DNA of 32,151 bases from a bacterium (GCA_051866555.1 JBJDXG010000010.1:1-32151), one strand, 5' to 3'; positions 1-9,032 are shown, counted from the first letter of the stretch. Numbers and translations are program-made. The notes: generated by a model not told the origin, from the sequence alone.

Positions 1-209
1 ACAACAGTAAATTTGCTTGCAAAATTACAAACTTGGAGGCATTTACGACGATCAAAGTAAAATAACTTTGCTCCCCACTCTAACAATTGATTACCCTTCT
101 CATGATTATATACGTCCAAAACAATTGGACGCATAGTCGGATCTTGAAAGTTTTCCGGCATTTTTATTCCATATCTATCCACTGTTTGCTTAGTTGCGTA
201 TATGATCAT
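1..209 (-). CDS. Hypothetical protein, N-terminal ~69 codons only (continues past the left edge); possibly DUF6933-like
   Basis: Absent from the ORF track because there is no stop in the window. Hand translation of the minus strand from ATG at 209-207 gives MIIYATKQTVDRYGIKMPENFQDPTMRPIVLDVYNHEKGNQLLEWGAKLFYFDRRKCLQVCNFASKFTVV, open to position 1. GGAG lies 8 nt upstream (GGAGTTGGAGAT-ATG). The family resemblance is from memory only. Confidence 0.5.
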   Translation of the reverse strand, partial: MIIYATKQTVDRYGIKMPENFQDPTMRPIVLDVYNHEKGNQLLEWGAKLFYFDRRKCLQVCNFASKFTV

Positions 210-355
210 ATCTCCAACTCCATTCTTCTGCAATACTCATCTTCTAAAGCATATCGCTTTTCTGAATAAGCACCACATAAAATATAAACATTGTCATCTC
301 GTATCGGAATTAAAATCTCCAATTCATTGCAGTCTTCATATCTTACATACAGCAT
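206..355 (-). CDS. Possible 49-aa small ORF, translationally coupled (ATGA overlap) to the downstream partial gene
   Basis: Hand translation: MLYVRYEDCNELEILIPIRDDNVYILCGAYSEKRYALEDEYCRRMELEI*. Its TGA (208-206) overlaps the ATG (209-207) of the next gene. Only a weak AGAGA purine patch lies upstream. No recognisable family. Confidence 0.25.
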   Translation of the reverse strand: MLYVRYEDCNELEILIPIRDDNVYILCGAYSEKRYALEDEYCRRMELEI

Positions 356-431
356 ATATCATATCTCTTGTTTTTTGGTAGTACTATATACCATCTGTTT
401 TAAAATAATATCAAGTAGTATATATGACAAA

Positions 432-1811
432 TTATTTATTCAACAAAACTACCGTCTCAACGTGGGCTGTCTGGCTGAACATGTCAACTGGCTGAATAAG
501 CTCAGCTTCATATCCAAGCTCGGCTAAACACGCCAAATCACGGGCTAAGCTGCTGGGATTGCAGGAAACATAGACAATCCTGTCAGGCTTCATATCCGCC
601 ATAGCCTCCAGCACTATTCTCTCACAGCCTTTACGCGGCGGATCAATTACGATAACCTCCGGCCTTATCCCCTTCTCACTTAGTTCCGGCATTATCACCT
701 CACTCTTGCCCACTCTGAATTCAACATTGCTAATCCCATTCAATTCCGCATTATGCTTGGCATCCTCAATCGCCCGGCTGACAACCTCTATCCCGTAAAC
801 CTTCTTTGCCCGCTGAGCCAGCAGCAAAGAAATCGTTCCTATCCCGCAGTAAGCGTCAATCACCGTCTCCTCTCCGGTCAGGGCAGCATATTCCAATACC
901 TTATTATACAGCACCTCTGTCTGCAAACTGTTTACCTGATAAAAAGACTGAGCTGAAATATGAAAAGCAAGTGAACCAATATAATCAGTAATCGTTCCTT
1001 TGCCCCACAAAAGCTTAGTCAGTCTGCCCATAATCACATTGCCTTTTTCCCGATTAACATTTAGACAAATGCTCACCAGCTTAGGGCCGGCTGCTTTCAC
1101 CAGCCTGGCTATGATTTTTTCTTCCTTCGGCAATTTATCTCCATTAGCTATCAAGACCAGCATTAATTCCCCTGTTTTCTCTGCCTGCCGCACCATAATA
1201 TGCCGTAAAAATCCCCTGCCTGTCCTTTCATCATAAACAGAAATGCCCTCTTCAGCTAAAATATCCTTCGCCTGAAAAGCCAGAACATCCCCGGCTTTAT
1301 TCTGAATAACACATCTGTCCACTTCCACTACATCATGAGTACCCGGAGCATAAAATCCCATAATCATTCTGCCGTCTTTTTCTCTAACCGGAAACTGAAC
1401 CTTATTGCGATAATAAAAAGGACGTTCAGAACCAATAGTATCCAAGACCAAATCAGGATTTATCCCGCCGATTCTCTCTATATTATCCCGTACCATTCTG
1501 GTTTTTTCCTGTAACTGTACCTCATAAGGCAGATGCTGCCATTGACAGCCGCCGCATTTATAAAACACAGAACATTCAGGCTCTATTCTGAACCTGGACC
1601 TTTCCTGCAAATACATCACCTTAGCGCGGGCATAGTTCTTACGCAGTTCCGTAATCTTTACCTCCGCCTTATCACCTGGAGCAGTATCCGCTACAAAAAC
1701 AGCAAATCCTTTATATCTCCCTATTCCCTCACCGCCAGAAGTAAGGGATTCTATCTCAACTATAATTTTTTCTCCCAATTTCACCGGTAATAAATTTTTT
1801 TTCTTACTCAT
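432..1811 (-). CDS. rlmD: 23S rRNA (uracil-C5)-methyltransferase, RumA/RlmD family (TRAM domain plus Fe-S cysteines plus SAM MTase)
   Basis: 459 aa. It has an N-terminal TRAM-like segment, a cysteine cluster (CSVFYKCGGCQWQH), the SAM motif DAYCGIGT and the catalytic region VSCNPSSLARD. GAGGTGA Shine-Dalgarno lies 4-5 nt before the ATG. Confidence 0.88.
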   Translation of the reverse strand: MSKKKNLLPVKLGEKIIVEIESLTSGGEGIGRYKGFAVFVADTAPGDKAEVKITELRKNYARAKVMYLQERSRFRIEPECSVFYKCGGCQWQHLPYEVQLQEKTRMVRDNIERIGGINPDLVLDTIGSERPFYYRNKVQFPVREKDGRMIMGFYAPGTHDVVEVDRCVIQNKAGDVLAFQAKDILAEEGISVYDERTGRGFLRHIMVRQAEKTGELMLVLIANGDKLPKEEKIIARLVKAAGPKLVSICLNVNREKGNVIMGRLTKLLWGKGTITDYIGSLAFHISAQSFYQVNSLQTEVLYNKVLEYAALTGEETVIDAYCGIGTISLLLAQRAKKVYGIEVVSRAIEDAKHNAELNGISNVEFRVGKSEVIMPELSEKGIRPEVIVIDPPRKGCERIVLEAMADMKPDRIVYVSCNPSSLARDLACLAELGYEAELIQPVDMFSQTAHVETVVLLNK

Positions 1812-1837
1812 CTTTCACCTCATAAATTAAATAAAAA

Positions 1838-1866
1838 TTGCATAACCAATGAATTTAACTTATAAT
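1838..1866 (+). promoter_or_regulatory. Sigma-A type promoter for the C_GCAxxG gene
   Basis: TTGCAT (1838-1843), exact 17-nt spacer, TATAAT (1861-1866). It sits about 30 nt upstream of ATG 1898, with GAAAGGAAAAG as the RBS. Confidence 0.6.
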
Positions 1867-1897
1867 AAAAACAAAACCAATACGAAAGGAAAAGAAC

Positions 1898-2311
1898 ATG
1901 GAAACAAAAATCAAAGAAAAAGTGCATTCCCTTTACTGGGAAAAGGATATCAACTGTGCAAGAACTGCATTAATCTGTCTGAGTGAGCTTATACCAGTTA
2001 AATTGCAGCCGCAAACCATCAACTCTGCTATCGGTCTGCATGGAGCCGGAGGTTTTCGGGCACAATGCGGTCTGGTTGAAGGCAGCCTGATGTTTATCGC
2101 CATCTATTTAAGTGAACAAAATAAAAAAGAAGAAGAAATCGTTAAAGCCTGTTATAATTTTGCCGCACAATTTACTAAGGAATTCAGCTCACTGCGCTGC
2201 TTTGACTTACGTCCCAATGGCTTCAGAGCAGACGATCCACCCCATGCCTGTGAAAATCTGACCGTAAAGGCCATTAAATTTACTTACGATTTTCTGCAGC
2301 AGCTTATCTAA
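1898..2311 (+). CDS. C_GCAxxG_C_C family putative redox-active protein
   Basis: 137 aa. The pattern DINCARTAL...GLHGAGGFRAQCGLVEGSLM...HACENL matches the layout of the C-GCAxxG-C-C family. Confidence 0.7.
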   Translation: METKIKEKVHSLYWEKDINCARTALICLSELIPVKLQPQTINSAIGLHGAGGFRAQCGLVEGSLMFIAIYLSEQNKKEEEIVKACYNFAAQFTKEFSSLRCFDLRPNGFRADDPPHACENLTVKAIKFTYDFLQQLI

Positions 2312-2321
2312 ACAGCGTTCT

Positions 2322-2801
2322 TTATTCACTGAATCTTCCATCATCCTTGGTATCCGGCAATTTATAAATATTATTTTCAAACCAGCCTGATCTAACGTCA
2401 GTCCGCTGGTCAAATTCAAGTACATAAGGCTTAATATCAAGCAAAGGAGTAGCAGAAACAATATCCACATCACTGATAAAGAGAATATTATCCTTAACCG
2501 CTTCCAGTCTTACTATCGAAAAGCCTATCCTGTTCGGCCTGCCGGGTGACCTGGTAGCAAATACTCCGTGCATTTCATTATCCAGAAATGGTTTAACTAA
2601 TAAATCCTTATATTTCGCCAAATGCAAATGATATAAAAGTATTAAATGAGAAAACTGCTCAATATCCTTTAATCCCTGAACAAACTGCGGATAAATCTCA
2701 ATAGTCCCTTTTTTACCCAAAGCGGCAGTTGTTTGTATAGGTGTTCCTTTAGGCTGGGTAAACGGAGTATAAATAATGCCTATTGGCTGATACTCGATCA
2801 A
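2322..2801 (-). CDS. trmO: TrmO/TsaA-like tRNA methyltransferase (short single-domain form)
   Basis: 159 aa. PIGIIYTPF...GTPIQ and RSPGRPNRIGFSIVRL...TPLLDIKPY are hallmark TsaA/YaeB motifs. The start is TTG, with AAAGGAGTG 7 nt upstream. Confidence 0.85.
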   Translation of the reverse strand: MIEYQPIGIIYTPFTQPKGTPIQTTAALGKKGTIEIYPQFVQGLKDIEQFSHLILLYHLHLAKYKDLLVKPFLDNEMHGVFATRSPGRPNRIGFSIVRLEAVKDNILFISDVDIVSATPLLDIKPYVLEFDQRTDVRSGWFENNIYKLPDTKDDGRFSE

Positions 2802-2829
2802 ATTAAAAACACTCCTTTAATAATAATAT

Positions 2830-2870
2830 AAAAAGGACAGTTAGAATTAATCTAACCGTCCTTTTTCTTT
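2830..2870 (-). terminator. Rho-independent terminator after ackA
   Basis: The hairpin is AAAAAGGAC(A/G)GTTAG / loop / CTAAC(C/T)GTCCTTTTT, with a 15-bp stem containing one G-U pair (2830-2866). It is flanked by A/T runs and lies directly downstream of the ackA stop (2879). Confidence 0.7.
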
Positions 2871-2878
2871 ATCAAGCT

Positions 2879-4066
2879 TTATTTAAAAGCTAAATCTTTA
2901 GTATCACGAGCAATCATTAATTCTTCATTAGTAGGAATTAACAATACCTTAACCTTAGCATCGTCAGTGTTGATTTCTCTTTCTTTACCACGAATATTAT
3001 TCTTTTCTGCATCAATCTTGATACCCATAAATTCAAGACCTTCACAGATTTTAGCACGCATAGTGATAGAGTTTTCACCCAAACCAGCTGTAAATACGAT
3101 AGCATCAACACCGCCCATAGCAGCAGTATAAGCACCGATATATTTTCTTACACGATAAGCAAACATATCAAGAGCTACCTGACATCTTTCGTTTCCTTCG
3201 TTAGCTGCATTTTCTACATCACGGAAGTCACTGCTGATACCGGTAATTCCTAACATACCGCTCTTCTTGTTCATTACAGTATCCATTTCCTTAGGAGTAA
3301 GATTTTCTTTTTCCATAATTGTAGGAACGATTGCCGGGTCAATATCACCGCAGCGAGTACCCATAATCATACCTTCCAATGGAGTAAGACCCATAGAAGT
3401 ATCGATTACCTTTCCTTCTTTAACAGCAGCCATACTAGCACCGTTGCCCAGATGGCAGGTAATGATATTAGCTTTAGGATTATCCAGCATAGCAGCTGCT
3501 CTTTGAGCTACATATTTGTGAGAAGTTCCGTGAGCACCATATCTTCTAATAGCATATTTTTCATAGTATTCATATGGCAGTGCATAAAGGAATGCATGTT
3601 TTGGCATTGTTTGATGGAAAGCTGTATCAAATACCGCAACTTGAGGAATACCAGGCATGATTCTTTCACATGCTTCGATACCCATGATATTAGCCGGCAT
3701 ATGTAATGGAGCAAGATCAATACATTTTTTGATTGTCTCCATAACTTCCGGAGTAATCTTAATAGAATCTGCATAGTAAGAACCGGCATTCAGTACACGG
3801 TTACCAACTGCTGCAATTTCATCCATGCTTTTCAGCACTCCATGATCAGCATCAACCAAAGCATCCAAAACAAGCTTGATTGCTACATCATGATTAGGGA
3901 TATCAGTTTCAACCACATATTTGTCCTTACCAGCTGCTTCATGAGTTAACTTTCCGTCAACCCCGATTCTTTCTACCAGACCTTTAGCCAATACTGATTC
4001 ATCATCCATCTCCATAATTTGATATTTCAGAGAAGAACTCCCGCAGTTTAATACTAATACTTTCAT
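2879..4066 (-). CDS. ackA: Acetate kinase
   Basis: 395 aa. Motifs present: MKVLVLNCGSSSLKY, RYGAHGTSHKY, CHLGNGAS, TRCGDIDP and PTNEELMIA. Confidence 0.95.
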   Translation of the reverse strand: MKVLVLNCGSSSLKYQIMEMDDESVLAKGLVERIGVDGKLTHEAAGKDKYVVETDIPNHDVAIKLVLDALVDADHGVLKSMDEIAAVGNRVLNAGSYYADSIKITPEVMETIKKCIDLAPLHMPANIMGIEACERIMPGIPQVAVFDTAFHQTMPKHAFLYALPYEYYEKYAIRRYGAHGTSHKYVAQRAAAMLDNPKANIITCHLGNGASMAAVKEGKVIDTSMGLTPLEGMIMGTRCGDIDPAIVPTIMEKENLTPKEMDTVMNKKSGMLGITGISSDFRDVENAANEGNERCQVALDMFAYRVRKYIGAYTAAMGGVDAIVFTAGLGENSITMRAKICEGLEFMGIKIDAEKNNIRGKEREINTDDAKVKVLLIPTNEELMIARDTKDLAFK

Positions 4067-4086
4067 ATCTTTTAAATTCCCCTTCC

Positions 4087-5088
4087 TTATCCTTGTGCTT
4101 GTACAGCTGTAATAGCTACTACATTTACAATATCACTTGCACTGCATCCGCGTGACAAGTCATTAACCGGTTTAGCAATACCTTGAAGTACAGGACCAAG
4201 AGCTTCTGCTTTACCGATTCTTTGTACCAATTTATATCCAATGTTGCCGGCCTGCAAATCTGGGAATACCAAAACAGTTGCTTTACCAGCTACATTGCTT
4301 CCTTTAGCTTTTGAAGCACCTACAGATGGAACGATTGCAGCGTCAGCCTGCAATTCTCCGTCAAGCTGCAAATCAGGAGCTTTTTCTTTAGCGATCTTAG
4401 TAGCTTCTACTACTTTATCTACTAATTCATGTTTTGCACTTCCTTTACTGGAGAAAGAAAGCATTGCTACTCTTGGTTCAATACCTGCCAAAGTTTGTGC
4501 TGTTTTAGCAGAAGAAATAGCGATTTCAGCTAATTGTTCAGCAGTTGGGTTAGGATTTACCGCACAGTCAGCAAATACCATCAAACCATTTTCTCCGTAA
4601 GGAGAGCCTTCCGGAAGAACCATTAAGAAAGCACCGGATACAGTTGACATACCAGGAGCTGTCTTTACGATTTGCAGTGCAGGTCTTAAAACATCACCAG
4701 TTGTGCTTAAAGAACCTGCTACTTCACCATCAGCATCTCCGGCCTTCATCATCATAGTGGCAAAATAAAGCACACTTTCTTTAACCAGCTTTTCTGCCTG
4801 TTCCATAGTCATGCCTTTTTTCTTGCGCGCTTCATACAAAGCTTCAGCATAAGCAGGTACTTTATCAGAAGTTTGCGGATTAATAAGTGTTGCCTTGCTG
4901 ATATCTGCTCCTTTTTCAGCAGCTAATTTCTTAATTTCTGCTTCATCGCCCAAAATAATAAGATCAGCAATTCCTTCTTGCAGAATAACACCGGCAGCTT
5001 CCACTACTCTTGGGTCATTTCCTTCTGGAAGAACGATTGTCTTCTTATTAGATTTTGCTTTAGCTTTAATTTGATCTAATAAACTCAT
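4087..5088 (-). CDS. pta: Phosphate acetyltransferase (short Pta type)
   Basis: 333 aa, with typical Pta sequence throughout ([34 protein letters not shown]...[10 protein letters not shown]). It lies 20 nt upstream of ackA in the classic pta-ackA operon. Confidence 0.95.
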   Translation of the reverse strand: MSLLDQIKAKAKSNKKTIVLPEGNDPRVVEAAGVILQEGIADLIILGDEAEIKKLAAEKGADISKATLINPQTSDKVPAYAEALYEARKKKGMTMEQAEKLVKESVLYFATMMMKAGDADGEVAGSLSTTGDVLRPALQIVKTAPGMSTVSGAFLMVLPEGSPYGENGLMVFADCAVNPNPTAEQLAEIAISSAKTAQTLAGIEPRVAMLSFSSKGSAKHELVDKVVEATKIAKEKAPDLQLDGELQADAAIVPSVGASKAKGSNVAGKATVLVFPDLQAGNIGYKLVQRIGKAEALGPVLQGIAKPVNDLSRGCSASDIVNVVAITAVQAQG

Positions 5089-5269
5089 AAAAAGAGCACC
5101 CCCATATTTTTTGTTTTTTTATAAAAAGATTTACCACATTATCTAATTCTCTTTTCCCCTCTCTTTTCCTGCTTTGACAACTATTTTTTTCTTTTTATTT
5201 GCTTAACAGCTAGGAAAATCGTTATAAACAGGGAATAGTATAAAAAAAGCTTCTTTTAAGGAGGAAATT

Positions 5270-6514
5270 ATGCGAGTTTTAGGTATTATCGCCGAATATA
5301 ATCCCTTTCATAACGGTCATCTTTACCACCTAAAAACAAGTTTGCACCAAACAAAAGCTGATTATACAATTGCTGTTATGAGCGGCTCATTTTTACAGCG
5401 CGGTGAACCGGCTGTTTTCTCCAAAACAGTCAGAGCTAAAATGGCTGTTGAAGCCGGGGTAGACCTTGTGCTGGAGCTGCCCACAGCCTATGCCGTCCGC
5501 AGCGCCCCTGATTTCGCCTTCGGAGGAATAAAAATATTATCTGCCGCTCAAGTTGTAAATTTTCTTTCCTTCGGCAGTGAATCAGGCGACCTTACTGCCT
5601 TAAAAAAAGCTGCTGCAATTACGGCCAATGAGCCTACAGCCGTAAGCCGTCTTATCAGACAATATCTGAAGGAAGGCAGTTCATACCCGAAAGCCCAAAT
5701 GCTGTCCTGGCAGAAGTATGATCCCCCTACAGCTAAGATATTACAAACTCCGAATAATATTCTGGGCATAGAATACTTAAAAGCTTTAGAAAGGCTAAGC
5801 AGCAGAATAATCCCCCTTACCTTCAGCCGTTTTAAAAGCAATTACCATGATACAGTCATGCAGGATGACGGCTTTGCCAGCGCCTCTGCCATCAGAGAGT
5901 GCTGCTTTACACATAAAAATACCGCAGCCATACTGGAAAACCTCCAGCCCTTTGTCCCTAAAACAGCACTGACAGAAATCAAGCAGGCTTTAGCCGACCA
6001 TACCGGGCCGGTCAAGCTTGAGGACTTCAGCTCTCCTTTGCTTGCCCTGCTGCAAAGAACTCCGGCTTCAGAGCTGTCATCTTATCCTGATATCACTGAA
6101 GGACTGGAAAAAAGGCTTCATCGTTTGGCTAAAGCGGCGGAAAATATCAATGCTTTTCTTGAACAGGCCAAAACAAAGCGCTATACCAGAGTCCGCCTGC
6201 AGCGCATTTTAATTTACCTAATGCTGAATTTAACTAAAGAAAAGCTGGACCTGTTTAACCAAGCCGGCGGCCCGCAGTATCTCAGAGTCCTGGCTTTTTC
6301 ACAGCGCAGTGCCCCCTTATTAAAAGAGCTGAGAAAAAGAGCCAGCCTGCCGGTAATCCAGAAAATAACCAAGGACAGCAAAGGCTTAAATTCTTCGGCT
6401 CAGCAAATGCTGGAGCTTGATCTTTTAGCCAGCGATATTTATCGTCTGGGACAGCCTAAAGTAAGCCCAGGAGCAGCTGATTTTCAGCTGCCATACCGTT
6501 CTAAAAGCCGCTGA
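5270..6514 (+). CDS. tmcAL: tRNA(Met) cytidine acetate ligase (YlbM/TmcAL nucleotidyltransferase family)
   Basis: 414 aa. The N-terminus GIIAEYNPFHNGHLYHL is the TmcAL/DUF795 signature. TAAGGAGG is the RBS. It is syntenic with the ylbK/ylbJ homologues. Confidence 0.88.
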   Translation: MRVLGIIAEYNPFHNGHLYHLKTSLHQTKADYTIAVMSGSFLQRGEPAVFSKTVRAKMAVEAGVDLVLELPTAYAVRSAPDFAFGGIKILSAAQVVNFLSFGSESGDLTALKKAAAITANEPTAVSRLIRQYLKEGSSYPKAQMLSWQKYDPPTAKILQTPNNILGIEYLKALERLSSRIIPLTFSRFKSNYHDTVMQDDGFASASAIRECCFTHKNTAAILENLQPFVPKTALTEIKQALADHTGPVKLEDFSSPLLALLQRTPASELSSYPDITEGLEKRLHRLAKAAENINAFLEQAKTKRYTRVRLQRILIYLMLNLTKEKLDLFNQAGGPQYLRVLAFSQRSAPLLKELRKRASLPVIQKITKDSKGLNSSAQQMLELDLLASDIYRLGQPKVSPGAADFQLPYRSKSR

Positions 6515-6519
6515 AAATC
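6479..6519. repeat. 10-bp inverted repeat carrying both stop codons of the convergent, overlapping tmcAL and patatin genes
   Basis: GATTTTCAGC (6479-6488) and GCTGAAAATC (6510-6519) are separated by a 21-nt loop. The patatin TGA is the reverse complement of 6484-6486, and the tmcAL TGA is at 6512-6514. No T-run follows on either side. Confidence 0.6.
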
Positions 6520-7263
6520 AGGCAGAGCCTCCTCTGCCGCCTGCCTGCCCCTCTCTACTGCAATATCAGCGAGATTCATAGCAGTCAGCGGAATATCCGC
6601 CACATCAGGTCTGATAATAAAATCAGCTTCCCGTTCACGTCCCTTCGCTATTTCCTCCTCCATAATAGTCATCGCCTGCATAATAATTTCTATAATATTC
6701 CCCACCCGATTGCTTTCTAAACGGCCGGCCACATCAACCGCCAGCACGATATCAGCACCCATCATTTTAGCCGTTCTTACCGGTGTACGGGCAATAACTC
6801 CGCCGTCAATCAAAGGAACACCCTCATATTCCACCGGGGTAAAAATCCCTGGAATAGCAATGCTGGCTCTGACGGCATCAGCAACTAAGCCATCCTGGAT
6901 AATAACCTCTCTCCCGTCTAAAAGGCTGGTCGCACACACCGCTAACGGCAAATCAAGCTCAGCAAAGGTTTTGCCATGAGTTAAAAGCTTAATCAGCTGG
7001 TAAATCTCTTTACCGCTGACCAGACCCTTGCGTGACAGAGTAAAATCTACTATATCCTTCAGCTGAAGCTGTTCCACCAGCTTGCCCATCATATACAGAT
7101 CACAACCGGCGGCATAACAGGCTCCTATTACACTCCCAATGCTCGTTCCTGCTATTAAATCAACCGGTATCTGATTTTCCTGCAAAACCTGCAAAACTCC
7201 AATATGAGCAAAGCCTTTAGCGCCTCCTGAGCCAAGAGCCAGGCCAATTTTAGCTTTTTCCAT
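6484..7263 (-). CDS. Patatin-like phospholipase (YlbK/RssA type)
   Basis: 259 aa. It has the GSGGAKGFAHIGV oxyanion motif, the GTSIGS (GxSxG) nucleophile and DGG. AAGGGGTGA is the RBS. Confidence 0.88.
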   Translation of the reverse strand: MEKAKIGLALGSGGAKGFAHIGVLQVLQENQIPVDLIAGTSIGSVIGACYAAGCDLYMMGKLVEQLQLKDIVDFTLSRKGLVSGKEIYQLIKLLTHGKTFAELDLPLAVCATSLLDGREVIIQDGLVADAVRASIAIPGIFTPVEYEGVPLIDGGVIARTPVRTAKMMGADIVLAVDVAGRLESNRVGNIIEIIMQAMTIMEEEIAKGREREADFIIRPDVADIPLTAMNLADIAVERGRQAAEEALPDFQRLLERYGS

Positions 7264-7309
7264 CTGATCACCCCTTTTCAGGTATATTTACTGCCAACCA
7301 GCCGTATAA

Positions 7310-8542
7310 ATGAAAAAAACAGCAAAGGTGGGATTACCCTTGCAACATAAAATATTTTTCAGCTATCAGCTATTAATTCCTTTATTATTCATTTCTATAA
7401 CCATAGGTATGATTCTGTTCCCCAGTGCTACACTCATAGGAGCATCAACCGGTCTCGAAATTTTTTTCTTTTCTATTCTGCCGGCACTTTTGCCGTTTCT
7501 TATCATTTCGGAAATTCTCATGGGACTGGGCGTTGTTCATTTTATCGGAACATTATTAGAGCCTTTAATGCGTCCTCTTTTCCGCATTCCCGGTGTGGGA
7601 GCATTTACTCTGGCTATGAGCCTTGCTTCCGGTTACCTGACCGGAGCCATCATTACAGCCCGTCTCAGAAAATACCAGATGTGCACCAGGGTAGAAGCGG
7701 AAAGGATAATCGCTATCACCAATGTTTCCAACCCTATTTTTATTCTGGCTTCAGTTGCCGTAGGTATGTTCCACAAGCCGGAAATAGGACTGACCTTAGC
7801 TCTGGCGCATTATCTGGCCTGCATTTTAGTCGGTCTCGTCTTTCGCTTTCACGGCTATAAAGAAGAAAGCTCCGAGCCTAAGCCTAAATTAAATAATATC
7901 CTGATTCGTTCCTGGCAGGAAATGCAGCAGGCACGATATTCTGACGGCCGTCCTTTAGGACAGCTCATGGGCGAATCAGTGCAGCAGGGCATTAACAGCG
8001 TCTTAGTTATCGGCGGTTTTTTAGTCCTATTTTCCGTTATCAGCAATATGCTTAACGTTACCGGCTGTATAAATCTATTATCTCATGCTCTGGCCAAATT
8101 ATTACCTTTATTTGACGAACATCTTTTCCCCGGCTTTCTCAATGGAATCGTAGAGGTCACCCTGGGCTGCTCCTTAATCAGCAATTCACTGGCCCCGCTG
8201 GAGCAAAAAATACTTCTCGTAAGCACAATTATCGCCTGGAGCGGACTTTCGGTTCATGCCCAGGTACTCAGCATTATCGGCCGTACTGACATAAGACTGC
8301 TGCCTTACTTTTCAGCCAGAATACTGCATGCTTTTTTCGCTACCGCCTTAAGCTTAATAATGCTCACCCCAGACAACCTGTTCCAGCGGACTATTCCGAC
8401 CTTAGCTCATCAGCCAAGCCTCACTCAGGCCTGGAATATTTCCCTGCAGCTTTTTCTTAGCGCACTGGGTATTTTACTGCTTCTTAGCCTGATTATCTTC
8501 TGTCAGAAAAAAATCAAATTGATTATCTGCAAAACTAAATAA
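7310..8542 (+). CDS. ylbJ: Sporulation integral membrane protein YlbJ (nucleoside-recognition/Gate-type membrane protein)
   Basis: 410 aa and polytopic. It sits in the ylbK/coaD/rsmD neighbourhood as in Bacillus. ATG 7310 has no Shine-Dalgarno. TTG at 7340 is preceded by AAGGTGGG with a 7-nt spacer and may be the true start. Confidence 0.7.
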   Translation: MKKTAKVGLPLQHKIFFSYQLLIPLLFISITIGMILFPSATLIGASTGLEIFFFSILPALLPFLIISEILMGLGVVHFIGTLLEPLMRPLFRIPGVGAFTLAMSLASGYLTGAIITARLRKYQMCTRVEAERIIAITNVSNPIFILASVAVGMFHKPEIGLTLALAHYLACILVGLVFRFHGYKEESSEPKPKLNNILIRSWQEMQQARYSDGRPLGQLMGESVQQGINSVLVIGGFLVLFSVISNMLNVTGCINLLSHALAKLLPLFDEHLFPGFLNGIVEVTLGCSLISNSLAPLEQKILLVSTIIAWSGLSVHAQVLSIIGRTDIRLLPYFSARILHAFFATALSLIMLTPDNLFQRTIPTLAHQPSLTQAWNISLQLFLSALGILLLLSLIIFCQKKIKLIICKTK

Positions 8543-8564
8543 AGCCCGACGGGCTTTATTTTTT
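8541..8564. terminator. Bidirectional rho-independent terminator between ylbJ and the convergent coiled-coil gene
   Basis: AAAGCCC-gac-GGGCTTT hairpin (8541-8557) with a T-rich tail on the plus strand and an A-run upstream that gives a T-run on the minus strand. Confidence 0.7.
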
Positions 8565-9021
8565 ACTTTAATTGCTCTCTGGCTTCAGCCAGTACAGATA
8601 AAGTGCTCTCTACCGACTGAGCAAGCTCATTGGCTTTTACCTCCAGAGCAGCTAAAATATCATCGGCATAGCGGCGTGCTCCTTCAGTTATTTCCTGAGC
8701 TACAGCATTAGCCTGCTTATGTATTTCGTTAGCTTCATCCTGAGCCTTAACGACGATCTCATTTTCCTCTGTCATCTTGCCGGCCAGGCGCTTAGCCTCA
8801 GCAATAATTTTTTCAGCCTTTTCCTGCGCTTCAAGCAAAATAGCCTCTCTTTCCTTTTTCAAAGCCTCTCCGGCCCTGATCTCATCAGGAATAGATCTCT
8901 CCAAATCATTGATAATATCCAGCATCTCATCCTGATCCAGCATAATCTTATTAATTACAGGCATTTTAGGGCTTTCATTCGCCAGAACGCGCAGCTCCTT
9001 TAAAAGAGTCATAATCTCCAT
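8563..9021 (-). CDS. Hypothetical coiled-coil protein (ATP-synthase-b/V-ATPase-G-like heptad-rich sequence)
   Basis: 152 aa, rich in E/K/A and predicted long helices. GGGGGAAG is the RBS. It lies 11 nt downstream of coaD, so it is probably co-transcribed with rsmD-coaD. Confidence 0.55.
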   Translation of the reverse strand: MEIMTLLKELRVLANESPKMPVINKIMLDQDEMLDIINDLERSIPDEIRAGEALKKEREAILLEAQEKAEKIIAEAKRLAGKMTEENEIVVKAQDEANEIHKQANAVAQEITEGARRYADDILAALEVKANELAQSVESTLSVLAEAREQLK

Positions 9022-9032
9022 TATGCTTCCCC

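Noticed and set aside
87-527. ORF-track plus-strand ORFs 87-269 and 291-527 in the AT-rich left edge.
   Set aside because: They give hydrophobic, low-complexity translations with no RBS. 291-527 also runs into the 3' end of rlmD. The minus strand offers better-supported ORFs with a Shine-Dalgarno and ATGA coupling.
4241-4600. A long plus-strand ORF (119 aa) inside pta, and similar antisense ORFs inside ackA, recG, topB, selU, pepT, aspS and hemZ (for example 3267-3506, 10654-10908, 13974-14366, 16232-16570, 16976-17287, 30051-30359).
   Set aside because: All lie fully inside strongly supported genes on the opposite strand. They have low-complexity or biased composition, no Shine-Dalgarno and no recognisable family, so they are typical mirror-frame artefacts.
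5089-5269. The polypyrimidine/polypurine-rich 180-nt divergent spacer between pta and tmcAL as a structured RNA or cre-regulated region.
   Set aside because: I could pick out only weak promoter-like hexamers (for example TTGCTT-17-TTATAA at 5199-5227). There is no convincing cre box (WTGNAANCGNWNNCW) or stable conserved hairpin, so there is not enough to annotate.
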